A stretch of 248,000 bases of DNA. Source: Octopus vulgaris (taxonomy: Eukaryota). The notes under the pieces are model-generated. The model did not search any database. It saw only the letters and a list, made by a program, of their open reading frames with translations, and was not told where the DNA came from. The position numbers were made by a program, and so were the translations under genes. The stretch spans positions 102,196,001-102,444,000 of the forward strand of contig OX597821.1 in assembly GCA_951406725.2 (NCBI GenBank), written 5' to 3'. Positions 225,602 to 240,785 of this stretch are shown here, one piece after another (position 1 is the stretch's first letter; each line of letters begins with the position of its first letter).

Positions 225602-225685
225602 ATGGTTATGACTAGCAAAAAAAAGAAACGAGCTCCCAGCAATGCGAACTGGAGTCGGAAAAACGCTGTTAAAGATAACGATAAG
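225602..225685 (+). CDS. Candidate first coding exon of an unidentified gene (MVMTSKKKKRAPSNANWSRKNAVKDNDK)
   Basis: ATG followed by a basic NLS-like run and a strong donor AAG|gtaaat; downstream exons not identified. Confidence 0.35.
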
Positions 225686-226200
225686 GTAAATATTACTGTA
225701 TGTTACCATGCAATATGTGTTTCGTCCGTCTCACAGACAGATAAGAGATCGACATGTATATATAATGTATATAAACACATACACTACTCTACACACACAC
225801 ATACATATCTGTAGGTAACTATACACATATTTGATGTCTTAAATCTATCTGTCTATCATATAATTTATATAGTGTATATCTATTGCTGTTGATGTTTACG
225901 ATCTGAGGTTTTAATTAATTATATATGGTCATTTTGTATTGCATTTTCATTATTTCATAAATATTTTCTATGGATTTTTTTGCCTTCAATCGATTCTTCC
226001 TATTTCTGTTGATTCAGTTGTAATCGAACATCGGGTTACATCAGCTCTTTGATTTGAATTCTTTGCGACTTAAACTTATCAATTAATCAACCAGTTGACA
226101 TTTTTTTCATTTATTAAGTAAAGAATTTCTTTGTTTACGATTTCCTCATTCATGCCTCCTTTTTTTTTCGAATAGATTCGCATTTTCACAAAGAAATAAC

Positions 226201-226238
<38 letters not shown>

Positions 226239-229024
226239 TCACACACATACTATGACTTCCAAGTTTCATCTCTTGAAGCTTATTCAGTATTTAAGCATTG
226301 TTTTCATTAAATCTCGAGATAGGTTATTTTAAAGGATAATATCTTGGAATCTTGTTGAGATTTTCCCCAAAATAGCAGAACCCATTTGGGAAACATTCGT
226401 CACTTAAATTGCAATAAACCTTTATAAATGAAATAAAAATTATTTAACGCAGGGTGGGGGATTTATTCGTGTAAAAATAGGCCGTATAACTTGTCATTTT
226501 GAAAATTGTAAAAAACACTTTTTGTAAAATAAATTTTTTATTGAATGTTCTCAAAGGCCGGAACCCTAGAATTCTTTTACGGATGATTGGGTTTCTGCGG
226601 AACTTAATTCAAGGAATCATTGCTCTTGAGGCTCTTATAAATATGTAACTTAGAAAATAAAGCATCCTATTTCATTTCTCCGATTTTAATTTAATGGTAA
226701 TATATATTTTTTTGTCATTTGAAACAACATCCCCCCCAAAATATATAATAAAAACAATCATTAGAAAAAACCATCCTGTTGATAGATTTACTATGTAAGA
226801 ATATTGCTTTTTCCAAGAATAAAACGCTTTGGAGTTTGATATTATGTACAATAAAATAATTAGATATTTTAAAATATTACTTTTTTTCCTTTTTGGGGAC
226901 TGGGACGGGAGAGAAAGATCGGAATATTTCCTTTTCTTTCTGTTCGGGTAAAATGAATTTTGAATGACTATTGTGTCATTAACTATTAATAAAACCCGAG
227001 ACTGGGTTTATGGGGCAATACTGAGTTATCGTTCCTGGTGTTGGCTTTCTTACACATACATGCATACGTTCACCCACCTACATAAATAATCCGCACACAC
227101 ACACATATATAAATCGGCAGTAGATTGTAACTCAAGGGCCGAGAGTTTCGTGTTTGACACATATCTACCCCCCACCTCTCTCTCTTTCTCTTATATATAC
227201 ACACATTTAGTGTTAACTGTCGGGAAAAAAAGAGGACCCACTACCTATACCATAATAGAAATTAATAATGTATGTCTTCAGGCAAGTTATATCGTCGTCT
227301 AAGAATATGCACTCGTATATTTGTCGGCAGAGTGAGTATACTAATCAAAGTATACAGGTTATAGATCCATTTCAGCCTATCTTACCAATCAAGTTTCGCA
227401 TTGGGATTTAGAGAACCGGAGATACTTGTTGTGGAAGGTGGTAGCCGTCAATTATAATTATGAATAATGTTATTAAACTCCTAAACTGATCACAATTAGC
227501 GACTTCCATAGTATGTATAAAGGCACACACACACACACACACACACATAAGGGCATTTACCCAAACGTTTTTTTTTTTAAGTACCCGTTTGATAACACTG
227601 TTTCTCACGCGATTATATCACACACGCACATAGATATGTACTCATATGTAGATATGTACACACACACATACACAAAGGCATTCACTCGTACATTTTTTAA
227701 TTCTATTTTAAAGATACACGTTTTATATCGACATATTTTTCTCATGCGACTATAAAACGCACACACACACACACACACATGTATGGATCGCCTGTATTTA
227801 TTATTTTGTTTCTTTAATACAAGAGGAAAATAAAATTAAGTAAAAGCTGATTGTTGAAAGCTGTCCAAACTATTCTCAAATGAGTCTTAGGAGAGTTGGG
227901 GGTAAAAAAAAAAAATAAAACGTCAAGCAATAACACAACCACCGCTTTTAGATTTTTCTTTTGCATCACATAACTCTTTCCACAACCATCTTGACATCAT
228001 ATCATCTTTGTAGCTTCCTGTTTTTCTTTTGCCCCCTTTTCCCCTTCAACTCTTTCCCCCCGCCGCCATCACCCCATCGGACCCCCACCTCCCTAAAATT
228101 TCCCATCCTATTACACATGCTCGAGTGTGTGAGTGCTTGGTGATGTTTGTAAAATATGGGAGCCGTGTCGTAAACATTAAATTTCACTGAATATGTTTTT
228201 AATATTGCTAATTGCTATGGTGCCTCTCCTCTCCGTGTTTCCTTCAGGCCGTTCCTTCACTAGGATATCTAACACACACACACACTAGTTGATGTACTTG
228301 GCGGCGGAGCGATGACAACCATTAAGTGTTTGTCTTTTCAGTCACGTCTATTTTTGGATTATTATTCTTATTATTATTGCTCTGTTATAGTCATCCAAAT
228401 CAGCTCATGAAAATTTACTTCCTTCTTGACTCAAACGTTCCACTTTCGTGTTTATTCCTTCCTCCCCTTCCCCGTCCTCTATTTTTCTAAGGTTTTTAAT
228501 CTCAAATTTTCCTGTTCATTTGTATGTGTGCATACACACACACACACATATTTATATACATACATACATACACACATACATGTATATATATATACATACA
228601 TACACGTATACATACACATATATATACACGCATACATATATATATATATATAATTTCGTACTTATATACATCTGTATATACATACAGTGTGTCTGTGGTC
228701 CATATCACATAATTTGCTTAATCATTTCGTCATCTGGAGGATAGCACATAACAAGAAACTCTAAGTAATAACGCCATGATTACCTTCAAATGAATAAACT
228801 CTATTTCTTGTATTGAGTTCTTTTTCTCTTGCTTCTACTTCCAAACACGTACTTTATATATGTGTGTATGCATATATGTATGTATATATATATATATAAT
228901 ATACACTTTTTATTAAAGCTGTGAAATTTTCACAAAACTGTTACTCAGTTTCACATTCCTGTTCGTTGGACAGCTGTGATTGAGTACTATGTTTCCCACC
229001 TTGTTTTGCACTTATGTGCTTCTC

Positions 229025-229065
<41 letters not shown>

Positions 229066-232000
229066 TTTGTGTGTTCATGGGATGCTTTATCATTTTAAAG
229101 TGTTTATTATTTTGTCTTTTGTGGTTTCTTGCTGTGAATCATCTGGTATTTAATTATAGGTGTACCAGTAAGATACCCAAGGTCCATTCTGTTATAATTT
229201 CTTAATCTACTCTTCCACACCCTTAAAAATGAGGCATGTGTATCTAAGGCAGTATAGTTGTTTTTCTCGATCTGCTCCTATGGCTATATAATGGGTTGCA
229301 TGATTGCATATACATAAAGTCTACTGTTGCACACACAAAACTGTTTTTGTCTTTTCTTTCTTTTTGTCATTGCTAGTTGGCAAAGTCTGCTCAGCTGAAA
229401 GTGGTTAGCACTTTGCCATGGTATATCAAATGGTTCATGTTAAAAAGGAGAACCAGTTGCTGTGCATTTGTGTGTTCTCGTGATAAACACATACATGCAC
229501 ACACCTCATTAGAGAGAGAGAGAGAGATTATGGACTGGCTTATTTAGTGTGGTCTCCCATATCCAAACTTGTTAATGTTCTGAGAAACATTGTTTGAATG
229601 CAAAACGGGATGGTCATAGTTGTAACTCTTTGGATCATATATCTACTTGGCTAGAGTTGAGTTGTGGTTAAACAACAAATAGATACTAGAATTCTGATTG
229701 ACAATTGATATACTAAGCTGCAGAAAGAAGACTTGAAAAATCAATTATGAAAAGCAGGCAAACAAGTGCTGTGACTGGGGTAACTGGAAAATAAGCAGTG
229801 TATCAACCTGATAATTTTAATGTGTATTTAGTTTGTTGTTGTTTAGCTTCAGATCAGTCTGGGTCGAACCAAAATTTATCATGGACTACATTTATGGTGG
229901 ATTGGCAGAATCATTAGAATGTTATTGTGGTATTTAGTTTTAGGCCCTTTACATTCTGGGATTAACCCTTTTGTGTTCAGACTACTCTGTTAAATGTAAT
230001 ATTTTTTCACTCAAATTGTTTTGAATTAATCAAGCATTATCTTATAGCTTTGGGGTTTCAATGATGTGATTGTTTATTTTCAGAATGACATTGTAGGTTA
230101 GGAGTGAGAGGTTAGATATCGCCAGTTTGAATATAAAACATGTAGAATATCTGGGCCAGATATGGCCGGTTTAAACACTAAAGGGTTAAAGAGATCTGTT
230201 GAGTCAAAGTACCAGTCAGGTAATGGGGCTGGTACTTTAAACTGGCCATATCAGGCCCAAATATTCTGCTTGTTTTATGTTCAAACCATCCAGATCCAGC
230301 CCCTCACACCTACCTTACAATGTCCTTCTAAAAACAAACAATCATATCATTGAGATCTGAAAGCTATGAGACAATGCATGATTAATTCATAACAATGTGA
230401 ATTAAAAAGCAGTACAATTGGCAGAATAATCTGAATGCTAAAGGGTTAACCAACTGATGCTGGTGTCTCTTAGACTTCTTTAAGCATATGGCTATGAACA
230501 GCCTCAGGAAATATGGTTCTGAAAGACAGATCTGATATAAATGTAGTTTATGTACAAGAGAAATCTATTTTCTGAAAGTAGGGTGATTTGAAGGACATTT
230601 GACTATTTCTAGAAGGTCTACTGACTGCATAAACTTGCTCATTGTTGTAGTAGGGCAGGTGTGAGTGACCAGATCTGGCCAGTCTTATTATATAAAACAG
230701 GTAGAATATTTGAGCCAGATATGGTCAGTTTAAATGTTAAAGGGTTAAAAGCTTGAAAAGATGAACAGCAAAATTGATTATGGTGGGATTTGAATTCAGA
230801 ACATAAGTTCTTTGAGGTGTTTTATCACATCATCATCATCATTATCATTTAACATCCGTTTTTCCATGCTGGCATGGGTTGGACGGTTTGACTGAGAACT
230901 GGCAAGCCAGTACGCTGCACCAGGCTCCAAACTGATCTGGCAAAGATTTTGCAGCTTGATGCTCTTCCTAACGCCAACCACTTGGAGAGCGTAGTGGGTG
231001 CTTTTTATGTGCCACTAGCATGGGAACCAGTTAAGCAGCACTGACATCGACCACGTTCAGATGGTGCTTTTTATGTGCCACTAGCATGGGAGCCAGTTAG
231101 GTAGCACTGACATCGACCACATTTGGATGGTGCTTTTTATGTGCCACTAGCATGGGAGCCAGTTAGGTGGCACTGACATTGATCACGTTCAGATGATTCT
231201 TTTTATGTGCCACTAGCATGGGAGCTGTAATTTTCATTCTATGACCAAAAATGAAAAACAATTCCAAACAAATTGTTTATTACTGCAATATATAAGTTTG
231301 TGCTTTTATCTCTGAAAGACATTTAGGTCAACAAGTATTCTTTTACCGTTATGTCAGTTTTGAAGATATTAATTCATTGTTGTTATATGGCAGTATATTG
231401 AGTTCAGCTTTATTATTATTACATCCTGCTGTTTGTTTCATAGCAGCATGGAACATGGACATTAAATATTGATGATGATGGTGTATATTTCCACTGCATT
231501 ACTTCTCTAGTTCACTAAAATATGTTCCAATACATCTGTCAACTGGCTTGGCTTGTTAGTTATAACAACAACATTTTCACAAATCACATCCTATCATCTT
231601 GAAACAAGAAGGTCACATTGGATGCTGTAGTCTTAGATGTTCAAAGAAGAAAGGATGGAAGATCTTTGATCAATTTGTCCTGTCTATTCAATCAGGTTTG
231701 ATTTGGGTGCTAAACAATAATAATAACAACAGAAGCATCTAAGCATACAGAGGTTCAAAGGAAATTAAATGAACTAATAATATCAACCAGCAGACACTTT
231801 GCAGTTCAATCATTATCGTGTGGATAGAATGTATGTCTGCATAAATCTTCATGGGTCTAGAGACCTGACATTTCTGCTTTGATGTTAAAAGCGTAGATTA
231901 AAACTAAACAAACTAAATGGCGAGAAAGTTGAAATTGAACCAAGAGCACTTGTCTAATTGAAACTGTATTGGCATTAACAGTAAAAAAACAAAAACAACA

Positions 232001-235000
232001 AAAAACAAAACAATAGCTGTTGGTGTTACTGATGATACATATTAATGATAATGAGTTTGTCTTTTACGAAACAGCAATTGTGTAGCTTTATTCCTACAGT
232101 AGGCTTCTGTTAAATTTATGTTAGATATATTGTGTTTTATATAGATTACTTACATTCATATGATTCATTCATCATCATTGTTAATTGTCTGTTTTCTATG
232201 CTGGCATGAGTTGGATTGTTCAACTGAGCTAGAGGGCTGTGCTGAGCTCCAATATCTTTTGGCATGTCTCTATGCTTGGATGCTCTTCCTAATGCTAAAC
232301 TGCCTTACGGTGTGTCCTGGGCTCTCTTTTCTCAAGGCATCAGCACTGGCAAGGTCACCAAGTAACTTGCAAGACAAGACCCCTTAAGTGAAAGGGGTGT
232401 AGTCTTGAGGGAGGTGGTTTATGCCAAGTGTTGATTGAGGAATAGGAACAGGTGCCCTGCTGTAGAGGCAATATATGGCTGCCCCTGCTGGAGTTGGGTG
232501 TATAAGTTTCTGAGAGTGTGAAAGGAAAGTGACAGATGGTTAGAGATGGGGATAGAGGTGGATACATTGGCAGAGGCATGGTTTATGGTAAATATCAGTT
232601 GCTGGGGGAAATGAAGGAAATATTAGTGGGTCAGAGAGGAGAAGGAGATGATAAGTGACTGTAGTATGGGGGAAGACTTATCAGGACCCATCTTTATTGA
232701 AATTTATGGGTCTTCTCAAGTGCAGCATATTGCCAATCACCTTGGTAATTTGTCATTTCCTTGTTGAGGCTCAACATCTTGAGGTTGGTCTTTGTGACTT
232801 GGTGCCACATCTTCCTGGGTTTCCCTCTTCCACAAATTCATGCTGATTGTTTGCAGTAAATTGTGTGTGTGTTTGTATACATACATTTTGGAGTACAAAC
232901 ATAAGGAAACATACTCTGTTAGTTTTTTTTTTTTAAGCTGAATGATTCACTCTGTTGCTCCATAGAGTTACTTGCTGGTATTTGGTCATTAGGCAATAAA
233001 TAGCACAGAATGTATTTGTAAATAACAATTCAAGGGTGTAAATTAGTGAATCTTTTCAGATTAATTGAACCCTGTACCTTGTGCTAACTGACCAATACAC
233101 CACAAGACCATCTCTACCACAAGGCTCCACTACAGGTGTTTTATCTGTTGGAACTTCCTTATGTAGACTTAAATAGATTAAACACTGTCTAACATAGCAA
233201 AGTAGTCCATCTTGATCAATATATGAATGAGAAATGACTCCAAGGAAAATTAATAAATCAATAATTAATATTGTTACATTTTTGTCACACATACATGCAT
233301 GACACTGAAAGACAAAATGGAATAAGCAGAACAAGAGGAGACTTGTGGGATAGAAAGTCACTGAAGAGGTCACAGAATGTGTGATGAAAGAATTTTGACA
233401 AAGAAACTATAATAATAATAGTAAAGCTGAAGTGATGACCAAATATATTGTGTGTGTGTCTAATTGACAAAAGATGACCAATCAACACATGATTTCATGG
233501 CAAGAATCTTGCAAAATAAATACATATCTTGCAAAATAAATACATAAACAACAAGAGCACTCAGAGAGTGCAAACCTCCGCCAAAGCAACACCAACATCC
233601 TCTCAACAATTAGCCGGAGATGATTTTTAAAATGAGAATATCTTAAATAAACTTGATGGCTCTCACAAATGGGAATACTAAAAATGAATGACCGCTCTCA
233701 AAAATTAAGTAAAAAAAAACAGGGAAAATAATCCAGAATCCTTGTCTGGTACCAGACCGATCCCAAAATCTAATCAGTTCATACCAGTCATGAGGCCAAC
233801 ATCCCTGAAAGTTTCATCCAAATCCATCCAGCAGTTCTTGAGATATCTTGTCCACAGACAAACAAACTAACAAACACGACTGAAAACAATACCTTTGCCT
233901 TAGTGAAGGTGGAGGTAATAGTTAATTGTTCAAATTTTAATTTTTAGCCACAGGCAAAGCTGTGTTGTAAGAAGTTTGCTTCTCAACCATATGACTTTTG
234001 GGTTCAGCCCCACTGTGTGATACTTTAGGCAAGTGTCTTCTACGATAACCTCAGGTCAATTTAAGCCTTGTGAGTGGATTTGGTTGACAGAAACTTGTGT
234101 GTGTGTTTTACTGTCTCCTTGCATTGACATCTGATAGTTGTAAACATATGGTGTCCTTTGTTTGTAGTTTTCTGTGAAAATATATCTGGCCATGGGGAAA
234201 TATTACCTTATTAGTGACAAGAAGGGCATCTAGCCATTGAAAATCTACCTCAGCAATTTCCATTCAGTGCATGCAAGTGGATGTCAAAACGATGATAATG
234301 ATGATGACATTACATCATTGGTCAATATTCATCTGTTAAGACTTTATAAAACATAATTACAAACTCATTAATGGCAATTGAACCTTACATGTTTTACTGA
234401 TTTGGCATGTGATTAAGAGTTTGCGTTATAGTTAATGGTAAGCACTTAAAGATAAGATAAAATTAATTTAGGATTAATTTGAGATTGAAGATGATGTCAC
234501 TGCAGTGTAAACAGATAGCACGATCACCTGTTTAGGAAGAGGTTCTTTAATATTGTTTATACAAAAAGGAAAAACATCTCAGCTATTAATAATACAGATA
234601 TAACTTATAATGAAGCTGTCAGATATGACGTGTAATATGGCTGTCATGTTAAAAACCTTTACTGCAGCCATTGTGTTCTGTTTCTTGTCAAATCCTATTA
234701 CTCTTCGTTGCTTCAGTTTGTCTACTGACAGGTTCCATGAATGGCTGTGTGGTTAAGAAGCTTGGTTCTTGACTGTATGGTTTTGGGTCCATCATCTTAT
234801 CGTCATTGCTTATATGCTTGGTTTTTTCGATGAGACATCTTGAGGTGGTATTCCACAGCTAGATGTCTTCCCTGATGCCAACCTTTGTTTTCAAGTTAGG
234901 GTCTTTATTTCACTGGTCTTCACATGTTGCACTGTCAAGCTGTGAAACTTGCTGTTTATGCAGACCTAAACAAAACGTTACTGCTACCCAAGTGGTGTCA

Positions 235001-235937
235001 ACATCATCATTTAGCGTCCGTTTTCCATGCTAGCATGGGTTGGACAGTTCAACTGGGGTCTGTGAAGCCGGAAGGCTGCATCAGGCCCAGTCAGATCTGG
235101 CAGTGTTTCTACGGCTGGATGCCCTTCCTAACGCCAACCACTCCATGAGTGTAGTGGGTGCTTTTTACGTGCCACCCGCACAGGTGCCAGACGGAGCTGG
235201 CAAACGGCCACGAACGGATGGTGCTTTAGGCACAAGGCCAGCAAGTTCAGGGGAGGGGCTAGGTCAATTACATTGATCCCAGCACTCAACTGGTACGTAT
235301 TTTATCAACCCCGAAAGAATGAAAATCATAGCTGACCATGTGAAGATGATAATGCTCACACACATTTGTGTGTGTGTTTCCGTGTTTCTTTGGACTGGTG
235401 TTACTTGGACAATAGTGGTATTTGTTTATGTCCTGCATAAAGAATATATCCAGCAACTCAGCAGTTTGACCCGTGAAGGAAGACCTGTGAAATGTAGTAC
235501 TTTGAAGAATTGGTATCCAGTTGTGGAGTACTACATTCAGTATGGAAAAAGTGGAAGTAACAGCAATGGTTTTATATTTATATGTTTGTGTGTGTATGTG
235601 GCTATGTAGGTAAGAAGTTTGCTTTGCAATCTCATGGCCTTTGGGTTCAGTTCCACTGCGTGACCAATACTGTATGAATGAATTTGGCAGATGGAAAGTA
235701 TGTGGAAGCCCACGAATATATGTGTGTATTTTGGATCTGTGTTTGTTCCCCCCCCTGGCACCACTGTCTGATAATCAGGGTTGATTTGTTTATGTCCTTG
235801 TAACATAGCGGTTTGGCAAAACAGACCAATAGAATAAGTATCAGACTTTAAAACTAAGTATTGGGGGCAACTGGTTTGATTAAAACCCTTCAGTGTGGTG
235901 CTCCAGCATGCTCGCCATCCATTGGCTGACACAAGTA

Positions 235938-235992
<55 letters not shown>

Positions 235993-237642
235993 TACATATA
236001 TATATATGTATGTATATATTTGTGTGTCTGTGTTTGTTCCCTCACCATCACTTAACAACTGATGCTGGTGTGTTTACGTCCCCGTAACTTAGCAATTCGG
236101 CAAAAGAGACCAATAGAATAAGTCTTAGGTTTGGTTTGTTCAACTAAAGACAGTGCTCCAGTGTGGCCACAGTCAAATGACTGAAACAAATGAAAGAATA
236201 TATGTATATATACGCACACACACACCTTGGGATTCACAGAAAGGAAGACAGGGGACTGAGACTCCTGGTGGTTTACTGTGCTTGAAGGGATATGTCAAGC
236301 TGAGTAAAAGCAAGGTTACCCTTGCATACAGGCTGAGCATCCCTAATCTTGTGGGCCTGTAGGTGCTGTTGCCTTGTAAAAAGTACTCATGCTGGTGCTG
236401 CACAAAAGCACCCAGTACTCTTTGTAAAATGGTTGGCATTAGGAAAGGCATCTAGCTGGAGAAACCATGCCAAAACAGACAGACAGGGAGCCTGAACAGC
236501 CCTTCAGCTGGTTAGTTCCAGTGAAACTGTCCAACCCTTGCCAATATGGAAAGTGAACTTTAAATGATGATATTAAAAGCTTTACTCCAGCATGGTTTTG
236601 ATGACCTAACAAAAGATTATAATTTATACCTAGTTAGGTGTTAATCAACCTCATTATGTGTTACACATGAGCATGAAACTTTGACTATGTACGATAAATC
236701 GAATGATAAATTTACGCCTTTCTTTTCTTAGTTGCTAACTATTTTAGCAATAAATATGATTTAAAATTTACATGACTACCTGCTGTGTCAACTGCTGCTA
236801 AGTTGTTGAATGTTGGAACTGGCTATGAAGAAAATTAGTGCACTTGCAGCATTTAACAAAGACTTGAGTTTTCATTAAGAATTTTTCTTTTCTTGTCTCC
236901 TATCAATATGTTGATATGAAGCTAGGTTCTTTTTAAAGGCAGCTTTGCTTGGCAACATACTGCTTGTTCGTTGGTGGAGAGGAAATGGGTTTGTCCTGAC
237001 TTTACTTTGTTCGTTGTGACAACCACGATGTGAGATGAATTGCTGTAAAGAAAATTATATTAGAAGCCTGGTTAGATATGTTTTGAGAAATTATGATTTT
237101 GCCATTTTGGTATTAATTTATGAATAGAGAAAGGAAACTTTATTGTTATTTATTTTTAGATTTTAGCAATTTTTTTTTGTGACTTAAATTGCTTCAATTA
237201 ATTCCCATTTGTCATGCTACAAGAAACATATGTTATATTTACTGGGAATGAAACTCAGCTAAGCAGGTCTGTTTAAAAGCTATCATGGCATTTATTGACT
237301 ATACTACAGTGGCTTGACAGCTGTTAAGTTATTTCATATAGCAGCAGTTATAACACGCGCACACATACACACCAGTGTGTGCGTGTTATAACACCATACA
237401 CACCAGTGTGTGTGTGTTTGTAATAATATGTATATATATAAATATGTTTGTATGTATTGCATTTGTACCCTGCCACTGCTTAACAACTGGTGTTGATTTG
237501 TTTACAACCTCATAACTTAGCAGTTTGGCAAAAGAGACCAATAGAATAAGTAGCAGATTTAAAGTAAATACTGGGGTTGGCTTGTTTGACTAAACCCATT
237601 TTTTGTGGTGACCCAGCATGGCCACAATCCCTTAGAAAAACA

Positions 237643-237707
<65 letters not shown>

Positions 237708-238136
237708 GTGAAGGAGAGCTGTGTGAAGAAGTGCCACTCCCAAATAGTGGAAGGAATCTGGGGTAGAGGGTGACCCAGGAAGACATGGGATGAGGTGGTG
237801 AAGCACGACCTTTGAACGTTGGGTCTCACAAAGGCAATGATGTAAAAAGCACCATCCGAACGTGGCTGATGCCAGCGCCACCTTGACTGGCTTCCGTGCC
237901 AGTGGCATGTAAAAAGCACCAGCCGATCATGGTCAATGCCAGCTCCTCTGGCCCCTTGTGCTGGTGGCACATAAAAAGCACCCACTACACTCTTGGAGTG
238001 GTTGGCGTTAGGAAGGGCATCCAGGTGTAGAAACATTGCCAGATCAGATTGGGGCCTGGTGCATCCTCCTGGCTTCTCAGACCCCAGTTGAACCGTCCAA
238101 CCCATGCCAGCATGGAAAATGAACGTTAAGTGATGA

Positions 238137-238187
<51 letters not shown>

Positions 238188-238869
238188 TGCACACATACAT
238201 GGAGAGCCACCTGCAGCAACTGCAAGAAGGTCCAGACCATCAACAAATGTCTTCAGCAGATCCTTCATCTGAAGTGGTTTGATAAAGTGCCAAACACCGA
238301 CCTGTGGGAAAGGGCCAACCAAGGAAAGAACCCTCAAATGTGACACAAATGCACACACCCATCAATTTTGAATATGTCTGTATATGTGTTATCGAGGGAT
238401 CAGGTGTTAGTGTTTGAACTGATGATCTTACAATCATGATGCTGACACCCTAACCACTAAGCCACGCACCTTCACTAAATAATAAATGCGCCCTTTTAAA
238501 GCCTAGCCAGACTCATGGGCCTGGTTTCTATGGCGTATGTGTTCCTCGGCTGCACGGGACGCCAGTCCATCGCAGCGTTACTAATTTTTGCCAGCTGAGG
238601 GAACTGGAGCAACGTGAAATGAAGTGTTTTGCTCAAGAACACAACGTGTCGCTTGGTCCAGGAATCGAAACCACAATCTTATGATCATGGTGCTGACACC
238701 CTAACCACTAAGCCACGTGCCTCCACGATGGTATAGTTAGCTTACGTAGAAATCTTTGTTCAATAACATTTACTCTATATTCTCAGCTATTCTCGAAACA
238801 GCTGTAAGAGACTTTACATATTTGCTACAACTTCTCTGCACTGTTTAAATTATAAATTAAATACTTTAA

Positions 238870-239951
238870 CCCTTTCGTTACCAAACCGCCCAAAGCCGCC
238901 CGAAAAAAATTTTGGTTTATGAGACCAAACCGCCCAAAGCCGCCCGAATTTACCTATTCATATTTAAATGAGAATATCAGAGCAAATCTCTTCAGTACAT
239001 TCGTGAAAACACGTATTATACTTCGTAAACAGTTCAACTACAGTTTTGTACAATAATCGAAGTGTAATTTTAATTCCGTGAATTTTGGGAGATTTTTTTC
239101 CGAAATTTGTTCCTATTGTGTTTTCAAAATTTGTAATTCTGACAAAAAATGGATACGAATTTCATTATATCAAGCAGCGAGTCAGAATTCGAAGGATTTT
239201 CTACTGAAGACCTTCATAAATCTAACTCTATGACTGAAAAAAAAAAAGCATGGTATTTGATAATGAATCTGATGTTTCATTTTCCGAAAGTGAAAACTGT
239301 GAATCCGAGAGCTCCGACAGCGATAAAGAAAACGAATTGGCACCTGAATGGAGTGAAAATTTAAAAACTGTTTCTTTTGGTGATTTTTCTGAAGATGGAC
239401 CAAGCCACAGACTTTCCCAGAAGGGTAAAGCCTTAGACTATTTCTATTTACTTTTTCGAATGAGCCTATTTGAAATCATTACGGCAGAAACGAACCGTTA
239501 CGCTAAACGTAAACAAAGCGAAAGAAAGGATAGTTTGTGGTTTCCCACAACCTTAAATGAAATTAAGACTATTTTGCCATAAATATTATTATGGGTATCA
239601 GAAAGTTACCCAGAATAATAAATTCTATCGTAAAATTTTGTTGTATACCCAATTGAATATTAGCTAATAACCCATTTTCTATAGCAATGTTTGAACAAAA
239701 TTTTAATAATTTTATATTTTGTGGAATTTACCTGTATCTACCTGCAATTAGAGTCACTTTGTGACAAAAATTATAGTATAGAATTGGTTGAGAATATTTC
239801 ATTAAATTATCTTCCAAAAATCAGATTAATATATCGATAAATAAAAAAGTTATAGTTGTTTAATGAAACCAGACTAAATTTATGATTATGTTAGAAATTA
239901 ATTGAAACACATAAGGGGTGTAATTTGGTCAGAAATATAGTAACGAAAGGG
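238870..239951 (+). mobile_element. piggyBac deletion derivative, copy 1
   Basis: TTAA|CCCTTTCGTTAC...GTAACGAAAGGG|TTAA; residual PGBD N-terminal frame (acidic tract, ALDYFYLLF...IITAETNRYA...WFPTTLNEIK). Confidence 0.92.
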
Positions 239952-240785
239952 TTAAAGTGATACCACATTTTGCTTACTCATTCTCTGTTTCTAACACACA
240001 CACTCACACATGCAGGTATGTTAAATATACTTTGCTGTTAAGGATCATTTTACCAATTATGTATTATATGCAACCTTTTTCCTTTTGTAATAATGTAGGG
240101 TTTAACGACATGTTATTGTATGTGTGTTTTTTGTTTATTTATACATAATTTCTCGTGTGTATGTAAATTTAAAATGTATTTTGAGATTACAGGTTTATTA
240201 GACTTGATATCCTGGTTTTCTGTGACATTTAAGACAACTCAGCCCCTGAGCATGTCACCAATCTGGTGCAGAGTCTCCACAATTGTTGCTGGTACTTATT
240301 GTCAGCTGAGTGGAATGAAGGAATGTGAAACTTCCCTATTATTACATATTATATAAATATATAAAAGATATGTAATATACCATATTTATTCATTGTATAT
240401 GTAATACTATTTCATACTGGATTGGGGTGTGACTTATAATCAGGGCAAAGCTATAACTATGAAGCGAAAGAATGTTGTATCAATGTTTAATTCTAAATAA
240501 GCAAGTATGACTTATACAAGAATGAATACAGTATATATAGTTAAAATTGATCATTATTTTGAAGCAAATTATTTTTCTCATTAACATTTTTGGCTTTGTC
240601 AATTAAAGCATCATATACATTTTAATTCATCTTGTAAACAGACTTTTTCTTTGAAGAAGTTCTTTTTATACCTGGTTTCTTTTGCTATATTATATATGTC
240701 TTTTGGAAGAAGTGCCATTGATTTTTAAGTTAAAGAAAATGCAGATTCTATTTTAACAAATATGTTCCATTCTATAGATGTTTAA

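Noticed and set aside
230990-231230. Regularly spaced 66-bp repeats as a CRISPR array
   Set aside because: The units are contiguous with no unique spacers, there are no cas genes, and the context is a eukaryotic SINE.
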